64,000 nt of DNA, from positions 101,803-165,802 of the forward strand of contig CAZFGK010000002.1 of assembly GCA_964518635.1 (NCBI GenBank). The letters run 5' to 3'. Position 1 is the stretch's first letter. Each line of letters begins with the position of its first letter. Positions 42,775 to 50,616 of this stretch are shown piece after piece. A program made the translations under genes and the position numbers. The notes beneath the pieces were generated by a model that was given only the letters and a program-made list of their open reading frames with translations, did no database searches and was not told the DNA's origin. This DNA is from an uncultured Ignavibacteriales bacterium. Lineage in GTDB: Bacteria; Zixibacteria; MSB-5A5; GN15; FEB-12.

Positions 42775-43881
42775 ATGAACCCCGGAATGCGCACAAGGAT
42801 ACGAGTCGGGCAAGTTGCTCTGCTTGGCCTGGCTGCGATTTTGTTTTCTTTGGCCAGTTGTACCCGAGAGATCACTGGTGATGTCGAATTGGCAGACAAT
42901 TCATCAGATGATTGCTTTACCTGCCACAGCGACCTGAATACCGCCGTCACCAACGCGCGTTATCAGTTCGAAAATTCATTCCACGGCTCCGGCGAAAACA
43001 CGAACCGGAATCGTCTGTATCAGGCCAGCTATCAGTCCTGCGAACGCTGCCATACGAACGAGGGCTACATCGGTTATGTCGACAGCACGACAATCACTGG
43101 CGATGCCTTTACCGCTATCGGCTGCTTTACCTGCCATTCCCCTCACAGCAACGGAGATTTTACGCTGCGGCAGCTTGAAACCGTGAAGCTGATGAACGGT
43201 TACACGGTCGATTTGGGCAAAGGAAACCTTTGTGCAACCTGCCACATGAGCCGTCGTGATGTGACAACGTTTGTTGTTGCTGGAGTGAAACCTTCCGGCA
43301 CGTGGGGACCACACTACGGTAATCAGTCAGATATGTTCGTCGGACAGAATGCATATCAATATGCTGGGTATAACTACACCCGATCCTGGCACGCTACTGG
43401 TGTGACAGACGGATGCGTTTCCTGCCATATGAGTCCATCCTTCCATGAGTCAATCGGCGGACATAGCTGGAACATGCGCAACGAAGAACGTAATTTCCAG
43501 AACCTCACCGGCTGTAATGTCACCGGTTGCCACAATTCGGCGCCGATTACCGCTTTGAATCGTCTTGCCGATGCAGATCATGACTGGGACGGAACGATCG
43601 AAGGGGTTGAAACCGAAATCACTGGCCTGCTCGATTCGCTGCATGATCTTCTCGTGATCGGTAATCTCGCGGATACCCTTGGCGTTCCGAAGAACCGGGT
43701 CATTTCTACGGCTGACTCTGCAGGTGCATTGTACAACTTCCTCTTTGTGGAAGATGACCGTTCACTTGGCGTGCACAATACTGACTATGCCGTCGGGCTC
43801 CTTCGCTCGTCGATCAATTTCCTGGCAAAGGGAAATCCGAATGGAGTTCCTGAACAGCCAGTGCTGCTCAGCTCACATTAA
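42775..43881 (+). CDS. Lipoprotein multihaem c-type cytochrome (5 CxxCH plus one CxxxxCH)
   Basis: ATG at 42775 follows AGGAGGG. Signal peptide with lipobox LASC. Haem motifs CFTCH, CERCH, CFTCH, CATCH and CVSCH, plus CNVTGCH. Confidence 0.75.
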   Translation: MNPGMRTRIRVGQVALLGLAAILFSLASCTREITGDVELADNSSDDCFTCHSDLNTAVTNARYQFENSFHGSGENTNRNRLYQASYQSCERCHTNEGYIGYVDSTTITGDAFTAIGCFTCHSPHSNGDFTLRQLETVKLMNGYTVDLGKGNLCATCHMSRRDVTTFVVAGVKPSGTWGPHYGNQSDMFVGQNAYQYAGYNYTRSWHATGVTDGCVSCHMSPSFHESIGGHSWNMRNEERNFQNLTGCNVTGCHNSAPITALNRLADADHDWDGTIEGVETEITGLLDSLHDLLVIGNLADTLGVPKNRVISTADSAGALYNFLFVEDDRSLGVHNTDYAVGLLRSSINFLAKGNPNGVPEQPVLLSSH

Positions 43882-43975
43882 CACGAGGGACTCCTCGTCA
43901 TTCTCCGCTCAGAGACAGGACTCAGGCGGATCGGCGAAAGCCGGTCCGCCTGTTTGATTTGAGGGCGTGAATGAT

Positions 43976-44539
43976 TTACTGCGGTGAAGTGAGAGCTGAA
44001 GGTCGCTCACCTTTGTTGAACGATTCGATCTGTAATTCGATGAAGCGATCGACTGCACCCGGTCTGGGGCGAATGATCTGATACGCACCGGCAGCAATCA
44101 GGATAAGTATCGCCCCCTCCTGAAAGCGGGCAGTGAGAAAAAAATAGACCACGCCGAGAACCGCGATGGCTTCGAGAATTGCGCCAGAAACAATACAGAT
44201 CATCTTGAAGCGATTGGTGAGAGCTTCCGATGCCCCTTCTCCGCTTGTCAATGATGGCTGCTTGAACAGACGCTCACGCACCAGATAACTCGCTGCAATA
44301 AGGCCGAGTGAAACCGCAATGAGGGCGTAGAAGAGCATATTTGCTGATTCTCCGGCAATAGAAGCGGTCATCCCCCCTTGATTGTTCAGGTAGTAGATCA
44401 GAAAGAAGTATCCTGCCGGAGCGACGACATTGAGGAGCATGCCGAGATAGAGCCCGGGTTTCATGATCTGGTACTCGTCGAACTGGTCGGGATTGAGTTG
44501 GGTGGACATGATTCTCCCTTTTGTCTTTTCGGTCTGCAA
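43976..44539 (-). CDS. Hypothetical 4-TM membrane protein (paralog b)
   Basis: 187 aa with four hydrophobic segments. The C-terminal DRFIELQIESFNKGERP resembles IKFFIRRKVELFNAGKLP of the upstream gene. Confidence 0.5.
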   Translation of the reverse strand: MQTEKTKGRIMSTQLNPDQFDEYQIMKPGLYLGMLLNVVAPAGYFFLIYYLNNQGGMTASIAGESANMLFYALIAVSLGLIAASYLVRERLFKQPSLTSGEGASEALTNRFKMICIVSGAILEAIAVLGVVYFFLTARFQEGAILILIAAGAYQIIRPRPGAVDRFIELQIESFNKGERPSALTSPQ

Positions 44540-44554
44540 GTGCTCCAGACGAAG

Positions 44555-45088
44555 TTATTGCTTTGGTAATTTCCCAGCGTTGAACAATTCAACTTTTCTT
44601 CGAATGAAAAATTTTATTGCATCATCATTGGGAATAAGCAAATGGTAAATGATCGGCGACAAGGTTGCTAGCAAGAGAGGCAGAAGCGTTGCGTGTGACT
44701 GGAAGTTTAGACATATTCCAAGAATTGCAATCGATGCACAGAGTGAGGCAGCTTGTAGAGACCAAAAGCGGCTCGAGATTACAACGTCTTCCTGGGCAGA
44801 TATTGTTGATCTTATGCAGGGAGATTCAATGATCATTCTCTTTAGCAAAAAAAAGTAGTTGGCCATCCCAAGCAGACCAAGAACTAAGATGTATATAGAG
44901 AAGCTGTTATAATCAGCCGAAAAAGTTAGAAGATCCGAAATTTCCCAATTTACAGACTTTCCAACAAGAAAGTAGGCGATGAACGGAATAACGCAAACCA
45001 CGAAGAGACCGTTTCGCTTCCAAGTCATCGCCACTGGGTTGGCATCAATGTCTACAATCTTCACTTGATCAGTAGTGCCAACCATCAA
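44555..45088 (-). CDS. Hypothetical 4-TM membrane protein (paralog a)
   Basis: 177 aa with a 4-nt overlap with the tadA stop. Its topology resembles that of the downstream gene. Confidence 0.5.
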   Translation of the reverse strand: MMVGTTDQVKIVDIDANPVAMTWKRNGLFVVCVIPFIAYFLVGKSVNWEISDLLTFSADYNSFSIYILVLGLLGMANYFFLLKRMIIESPCIRSTISAQEDVVISSRFWSLQAASLCASIAILGICLNFQSHATLLPLLLATLSPIIYHLLIPNDDAIKFFIRRKVELFNAGKLPKQ

Positions 45089-45600
45089 TGCACCCTACTC
45101 TTCCCGGTCCGCACCTGCTGGAAAAAGGTCTTCATCAGGGCGGCGGCCTCTTCGGCGCGTATCCCTTTGATGATCTCGCAACGATGATTGGTGCGCGTAT
45201 CGGTCGGCAGTTGATAGAGTGATTCACAACCACCGAATTTCGGATCCGGCGCGCCATAGACGATCAGCGGAATACGGGACAACACCGCTGCCCCAGCGCA
45301 CATGAAACAGGGCTCAATGGTCGACACCAGCACGCATTCTTCCAGCCGCCAGTCGTTCAGCGTCGCGAACGCTGCCGATAAGGCGATCATCTCAGCGTGA
45401 GCGGTTGCATCTTTGAGGGCCTCCGTACGGTTGTGCCCCCGCCCGACCAGTCGACCGTCATGAAAAACCGCCGAGCCAATTGGCACTTCCCCTTCTTCGA
45501 AGGCGAGTTGTGCCTCGCGCAGCGCGATGGTCATGTAATTGTCCAGTATGTGGGGATCAAGCATCCTGAAATATAGGGGGACAGAGACCGTTTCTGACAA
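45085..45600 (-). CDS. tadA: tRNA-specific adenosine deaminase
   Basis: CMP/dCMP deaminase zinc motifs HAEMIAL and EPCFMCAGA, with typical length. The start is uncertain (MLDPH.. is an alternative). Confidence 0.85.
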   Translation of the reverse strand: MSETVSVPLYFRMLDPHILDNYMTIALREAQLAFEEGEVPIGSAVFHDGRLVGRGHNRTEALKDATAHAEMIALSAAFATLNDWRLEECVLVSTIEPCFMCAGAAVLSRIPLIVYGAPDPKFGGCESLYQLPTDTRTNHRCEIIKGIRAEEAAALMKTFFQQVRTGKSRVH

Positions 45601-45678
45601 GATTGAATCAGAGCAGGACTATCGATCCTTTCAATGTTTGAAAATTGCCGTCGGCGCTGCTTCTGCGTATACAATGGC

Positions 45679-46266
45679 ATGGCCACATTCCCGACCGTTC
45701 GCACCCTGGTAGGTGATCAATGCTATCTGCGCCCGAGCACTACAGAAGATATCGCCGGATCGCACAACTGGCTGCTCCAGTCTGATCCGTCATTCTTGAG
45801 TGCCACCCCAAACGGGGTTCAGTCCGCTGCTGAATCGGCTGAAGGGTTCAAGAAGCTGGAGCGAAGTGTCATGCGTCAATGGTTCACGGCTGTCAAGAAG
45901 CAGGATCATCTGCCGGTGGGACGATTCAGCTACCGAGTGATTCACCCGTTGACTGATATCGCAGAGATTGATTTTCTCGTCGATCCGGATTTCAGACGCA
46001 AAGGATTCGGAACTGAGATCATGCGATTGGGCTGCCGATATTTGTATCGCGCAGTGGCGGTACATCGTTTGCAGACGCAGGTGATTGCATTGAATCAACC
46101 GGCGATTACGCTGTTGGAAAAGTCAGGATTCCGACGTGAGGGGACTCTTCGGAGCAGCCATTTTTACAATGGCCGCTACCACGATGTGTATGTGTATGGC
46201 CAATTGGCGTTTGAATCGGGGGAAGCCCCGGATGAGTTGCCGCTGCCGTTCAGTGTCGGGGACTGA
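45679..46266 (+). CDS. GNAT family N-acetyltransferase (RimJ/RimL-like)
   Basis: LRPSTTEDI...DFLVDPDFRRKGFGTEIMRLGCRYLYRAVAVHRLQTQVIALNQPAITLLEKSGFRREGTLR. ATG at 45679 is preferred over the track start at 45634. Confidence 0.75.
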   Translation: MATFPTVRTLVGDQCYLRPSTTEDIAGSHNWLLQSDPSFLSATPNGVQSAAESAEGFKKLERSVMRQWFTAVKKQDHLPVGRFSYRVIHPLTDIAEIDFLVDPDFRRKGFGTEIMRLGCRYLYRAVAVHRLQTQVIALNQPAITLLEKSGFRREGTLRSSHFYNGRYHDVYVYGQLAFESGEAPDELPLPFSVGD

Positions 46267-46294
46267 TAACTCACGGAGTATATACAGACCTAAA

Positions 46295-46834
46295 TTATGG
46301 CTGTCTGCGAAGTGCCAAGGCCACATTTTCAAATTTTACCCGATAATATCCGTTCGCGACACGATCAAGGCATTGAAACTTGGGGACATACTTGTTGTAG
46401 TCCGAATACTTTCTATCTTTCGGAACGTCCCGATCGTTGTCTATTCTTAGAATTGAGGCAGCGTGCATTACGTCGATGTAAGGTAGATTTCTTCTAGCTT
46501 TCAATACCGTCACTGCTTCAGCATAATTGATGTACCCTTCTGAAACTGGAAATCCCAACGCTGCTTCCTTCAGTCTATTGATCATTTTTTCAAACTCAAT
46601 TGGAGTAGCGCTTTGCATGCCAAAAGAAAAACAGAAGGTTTTTGCAAAGCTATTATGAGAAAGAGCGAAAATCGTACAGATATCCCCGATATGTATACCG
46701 TCTAACATGCCCTTCTTCACCTTAATGAATGGGGACACTTGTCCTTCTGACTTTTGGATCTCGCTTTGATGATCGTATAACAATTTCAACAAATTAGTTA
46801 ACGACCAATCCTTTTCTAGTCCACTCATCTGCAA
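46295..46834 (-). CDS. Hypothetical protein (orphan, visibly AT-richer region)
   Basis: 179-aa ORF with no motif recognised, flanked by a ~220-bp AT-rich upstream spacer. Confidence 0.4.
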   Translation of the reverse strand: MQMSGLEKDWSLTNLLKLLYDHQSEIQKSEGQVSPFIKVKKGMLDGIHIGDICTIFALSHNSFAKTFCFSFGMQSATPIEFEKMINRLKEAALGFPVSEGYINYAEAVTVLKARRNLPYIDVMHAASILRIDNDRDVPKDRKYSDYNKYVPKFQCLDRVANGYYRVKFENVALALRRQP

Positions 46835-47054
46835 CCTCGCTTACAATCCTCTTAATTTTATAATAGCTCAATTTCAGACGTAAACATGACGAAGTGATGG
46901 TTGATTTAGCAAGGATGAAATTAATTATCTACAATACATAACGAGAATTACTTTAGTAGAAACTCACCAATGGATACTCTTGTAGTATTGACTAATAGTT
47001 GAGTAAAACAACTAGTTTACTACCGTTACAAAAAGTGACCAATTGTCTCAACGA

Positions 47055-47978
47055 CTACTTCACTTTGCCGAGAGTCTTCATTCGTGCGATTCGATCTGGT
47101 TCATCTCGCGTAAGCCATTTGTCATTTGAAAGTAAGGCATACGCTTTCGCGAAATACTCCACCGCCTCTGTTTCTCGCTTCAGCGAAGTCAGACACTCAG
47201 CGATCTCTTCGTAGATGTAGCCATCCGGCTGCTTTGCGCTGTCCGCTTCCTGCATCAGTTCACGTTGCTCCTTTAATGCGGATTCGAACTGTCCCGTTGC
47301 GCGCATGCAACGGGCCAGACACCAGCGCGCGGTCCGAATCGGCTCTGGTTTCCCCTGCTCTCGCCTGGCGGCAAGGGCTTTGTCGAATGCAAGCATGGCC
47401 GAATCATATTTCGCTGCTGAAAAGTGAGCCCATCCGAGATTGTTGTACAGACTCCCTCGCCAGCCACGCGCTCGCGTATCGGTCGATTGGTTGGCAATGT
47501 CGATTGCGAGTTCATTCCAGTTGTGAGATTCTTCGGGAATCGCTATCGCGAGCATATGGGCAGCGTCAATGGTGTAAAAGTCAAGCATCTCCTGATTCGC
47601 CAGATCAAAAGCCAACTTGAAATTCAGTTTTGCGGAGTCCGTTTTCTTGTCGGAGTTGTAAGCGCGCCCGCGCTCAAGATAGTAACGCACGCGAACAAGT
47701 GGAGGCGTAATGGAAAGCTGCTTTTCGATGGTATCCAGAAGGGCATGTGCCTCAACGAATTTCTGCTGAAGCCCAAGAGTACGCGCGATCTGAGTCTGTA
47801 ACTCGATATCCCAGTCGGGGCCAAAAGCATGTTTGGAAGCTGCAAGTAAGTCGCGAAAACTTTTCTCGCTTGCAACCGGATCCTCGTAGTTCCAGAGATC
47901 ATCAAAGTTGACCGCAGCCATGAGCGGTGTTCCTCCCATCAGAAATATTCCCAGACAAAGCGTGATGATCTTATTCAC
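47055..47978 (-). CDS. TPR-repeat protein with signal peptide
   Basis: 307 aa starting MNKIITLCLGIFLMGGTPLMAA, with TPR-like helical repeats (..YNNLGWAHFSAAKYDSAMLAFDKAL..). An 8-nt overlap links it to pyrF. Confidence 0.65.
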   Translation of the reverse strand: MNKIITLCLGIFLMGGTPLMAAVNFDDLWNYEDPVASEKSFRDLLAASKHAFGPDWDIELQTQIARTLGLQQKFVEAHALLDTIEKQLSITPPLVRVRYYLERGRAYNSDKKTDSAKLNFKLAFDLANQEMLDFYTIDAAHMLAIAIPEESHNWNELAIDIANQSTDTRARGWRGSLYNNLGWAHFSAAKYDSAMLAFDKALAARREQGKPEPIRTARWCLARCMRATGQFESALKEQRELMQEADSAKQPDGYIYEEIAECLTSLKRETEAVEYFAKAYALLSNDKWLTRDEPDRIARMKTLGKVK

Positions 47979-48825
47979 TGACCTGATTTCCGATTGGTAC
48001 TGCAGCGACCGGTTTCACGCCGCGAAGCCGATCAATCTGACCCTTGAGCGACTCGAGTTCCTGACGAGCACGCTGGGCATAGTCTTTGTCATGGGAGGCA
48101 TAGAGGACTGAACGGCTGACATTAATCAGCGCGGGTTTCGTAAAATTGTCGGTGCCGATGCTGGCTGCTTCTTCAAGTGAGCCCCCTTGTGCACCAACAC
48201 CGGGGATAAGAATCGGAAGGGTCGGAGCAATGGCACGAATAGAACGCAACTGATCCAGATGCGTCGCACCGACTACAAGACCGCAGTTGTCATGCTTATT
48301 CCAGCTATTCACCTTTTCTGCGACAATTTCATAGAGTGGCTTGCCGTTCACATCCAGCTGCTGAAAATCTTTTGAACCTGGATTTGAAGTCAGGCAGAGA
48401 ACAAAACTGCCGCGATCTTTGGTATCCAGAAAGGGCTGGACTGAATCGAATCCCATCCACGGATTAATCGTCGTCCAGTGTCCGCCGAGGTAATCGAAAA
48501 GAAAACGGGCGTAGTGAGAGGATGTATTCGCGATATCTCCGCGTTTGCCATCGAGGATAACCGGAATATGCTCAGGGATCCGTTCAACCAGAAGTCGCAG
48601 CAAGGAAACACCTTCCGCTCCGTGCTGCTCGAAGAATGCAAGGTTCGGCTTGTAGGCGCAAACCAGATCACTGGAGGCATCGATAATGCGATGCGCAAAC
48701 TCGAAAATCCCCTTGAGTGTTTGTCCCATATCTCCGGGCATCTTTTTGTGATCCAGATCAAGCCCGAGACAGAGCATGGAACCGGATTTTTCTATCGAAG
48801 TTTTCAACTGAGAAATTGCGCTCAT
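47971..48825 (-). CDS. pyrF: Orotidine 5'-phosphate decarboxylase (type 2)
   Basis: 284 aa with LCLGLDLD...AYKPNLAFFE...VILDGKRGDIANT... Confidence 0.85.
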   Translation of the reverse strand: MSAISQLKTSIEKSGSMLCLGLDLDHKKMPGDMGQTLKGIFEFAHRIIDASSDLVCAYKPNLAFFEQHGAEGVSLLRLLVERIPEHIPVILDGKRGDIANTSSHYARFLFDYLGGHWTTINPWMGFDSVQPFLDTKDRGSFVLCLTSNPGSKDFQQLDVNGKPLYEIVAEKVNSWNKHDNCGLVVGATHLDQLRSIRAIAPTLPILIPGVGAQGGSLEEAASIGTDNFTKPALINVSRSVLYASHDKDYAQRARQELESLKGQIDRLRGVKPVAAVPIGNQVSE

Positions 48826-48856
48826 ATAACCTGTTCAGATCTTTCCGTAGAGTGAA

Positions 48857-49828
48857 TCAATATTTTTGTACTTGTCCAATGAGCTGCGTGACGGAGTGAA
48901 GCCCTCGTTTTTTTAAATACACTGGAAGTTCCGCTGCGATTTTCAGCGGCAAGTCCGGTTCGACGAAGAGAGCTGTTCCGAGCTGAACTGCGGTCGCTCC
49001 GCAGAGCATAAACTCAACCACGTCATTTGTAGATGAAATACCGCCGATCCCGACAATCGGGATGCGAATCTTTTGATAACACGCATGCACCATTGCCAGC
49101 GCAATCGGCTTGATCGCCGGGCCGGTAAGCCCACCACGATTAAATGTGAGCGTCGGTCTCCATGAGTGAACATCGACCGTCATCCCGACCATCGAGTTAA
49201 TCACCGAAACTGCGTCCGCTCCCCCCTGCTCGGCTGCGAAGGCCATGGTAGAGATATTGGTGACGTTGGGAGTGAGTTTCACGATCAGTGGACGTGGGAA
49301 CTTCGCCTTGCATCGCTTCGTGACTTCTTCCGTGATTGCCGGAACCGCACCGAACTCCATTCCCCCCTCTTTGACGTTCGGACAGCCGAGATTGATTTCG
49401 ATCATGTCGACACAATCATGCTCTGCCAGACGATCGCAGAGGGTTTCATACTCTTCGATATTCTTCCCGCCGACGTTTACGATGATCGTCGTGTCCTGCT
49501 TCTTGAGAAATGGGATCTTGTCGGTGATGAATTTTTCGATGCCGACATTGGCAAGTCCGATTGCATTGAGCATCCCAGAAGAGGTCTCAGCCGTGCGCGG
49601 AATCGGATGACCGAGGCGTACTTCTGGAGTGATGGTTTTGGTGACCAGTCCACCGAGCACTGAAAGGGGATACATGGTAGCAAGCTCTTCCCCATACCCC
49701 GAGCATCCGGAAGCAGTCAGCAGTGGATTACGAAGAGTGACTCCGGCGAGAATCACACTCAGATTGGGGAGTTGTGATTTCTTGGCACTCCCTTTCGTTT
49801 CCTTTAACTTCGCAGGAGCAGCTTTCAT
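48857..49828 (-). CDS. pyrD: Dihydroorotate dehydrogenase, class 1B catalytic subunit
   Basis: GVTLRNPLLTASGCSGYG..GLANVG..NLGCPNV..VKLTPNV..GLTGPAIKPIAL..IVGIGGI, with an ATGA overlap with pyrK. Confidence 0.88.
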   Translation of the reverse strand: MKAAPAKLKETKGSAKKSQLPNLSVILAGVTLRNPLLTASGCSGYGEELATMYPLSVLGGLVTKTITPEVRLGHPIPRTAETSSGMLNAIGLANVGIEKFITDKIPFLKKQDTTIIVNVGGKNIEEYETLCDRLAEHDCVDMIEINLGCPNVKEGGMEFGAVPAITEEVTKRCKAKFPRPLIVKLTPNVTNISTMAFAAEQGGADAVSVINSMVGMTVDVHSWRPTLTFNRGGLTGPAIKPIALAMVHACYQKIRIPIVGIGGISSTNDVVEFMLCGATAVQLGTALFVEPDLPLKIAAELPVYLKKRGLHSVTQLIGQVQKY

Positions 49829-50616
49829 AGCTTCACCTCACCGATCCGAAAAATCGGTCCTTCGACACAGACCCGAGCATGCCCGCCAGCGGTAAGATTC
49901 ACCACACAGCCAAGACACATCCCCACACCGCAGGGCATCGGTGCTTCGAGCGAAAGCTCTCCAGGAATATTCTGAGCAAGAGCGAGAGCATTCGTTGCAC
50001 GAAGCATTCCATCAGGGCCGCAACCGTAGAGATACGGGTGAGCAACCGGTTGTGATTTCAAAAGCCGAGTCAGCCCTTCGGTGACTACTCCCTTTTCTCC
50101 GAGTGAGCCGTCATCGGTCATGATATGAACCTGCACGCCAAGTTTTTTCAATCGGCTTCGTTCGATGATATCATGCTCGGTACGACCGCCATAGAAGAAG
50201 TGAATCTGTTTTTTGGGGAATCCTTTGGCGATACTCTCTTCCGCATGATACAAAAGCGGAGGAAGTCCAACACCACCGGCCAGATAGATTGGAGTCGAAT
50301 TCCTCTTTGGTATGGAGAAGTGATTTCCAAGGGGCCCGAGCACACCGATCTCATCCCCTTTGTCAAATCCACCTAACAAAGAGGTTCCCTTACCAAAGGT
50401 TTTGAAAATAATCTGGAGTGATTTTTTTTTGCTGTCCACCTGTGCGATCGACATCGCTCGACGCAAATAGACATCCCGATGCAGAAGCTGCAGATGCACA
50501 AACTGCCCGGGGCGACATTTCGACAATCCTTCAATGGGACCGACAGTTAACTCATGATAGCCATGTTGAAGTTCAATCCGTGAAAGAACCGTGGCGGCAG
50601 TGCTCTTGATACTCAT
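49825..50616 (-). CDS. pyrK: Dihydroorotate dehydrogenase electron-transfer subunit
   Basis: FNR-like fold (RRAMSIA, GPLG) and a C-terminal 2Fe-2S Cys motif PCGVGMCLGCVV..ARVCVEGP. Confidence 0.85.
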   Translation of the reverse strand: MSIKSTAATVLSRIELQHGYHELTVGPIEGLSKCRPGQFVHLQLLHRDVYLRRAMSIAQVDSKKKSLQIIFKTFGKGTSLLGGFDKGDEIGVLGPLGNHFSIPKRNSTPIYLAGGVGLPPLLYHAEESIAKGFPKKQIHFFYGGRTEHDIIERSRLKKLGVQVHIMTDDGSLGEKGVVTEGLTRLLKSQPVAHPYLYGCGPDGMLRATNALALAQNIPGELSLEAPMPCGVGMCLGCVVNLTAGGHARVCVEGPIFRIGEVKL

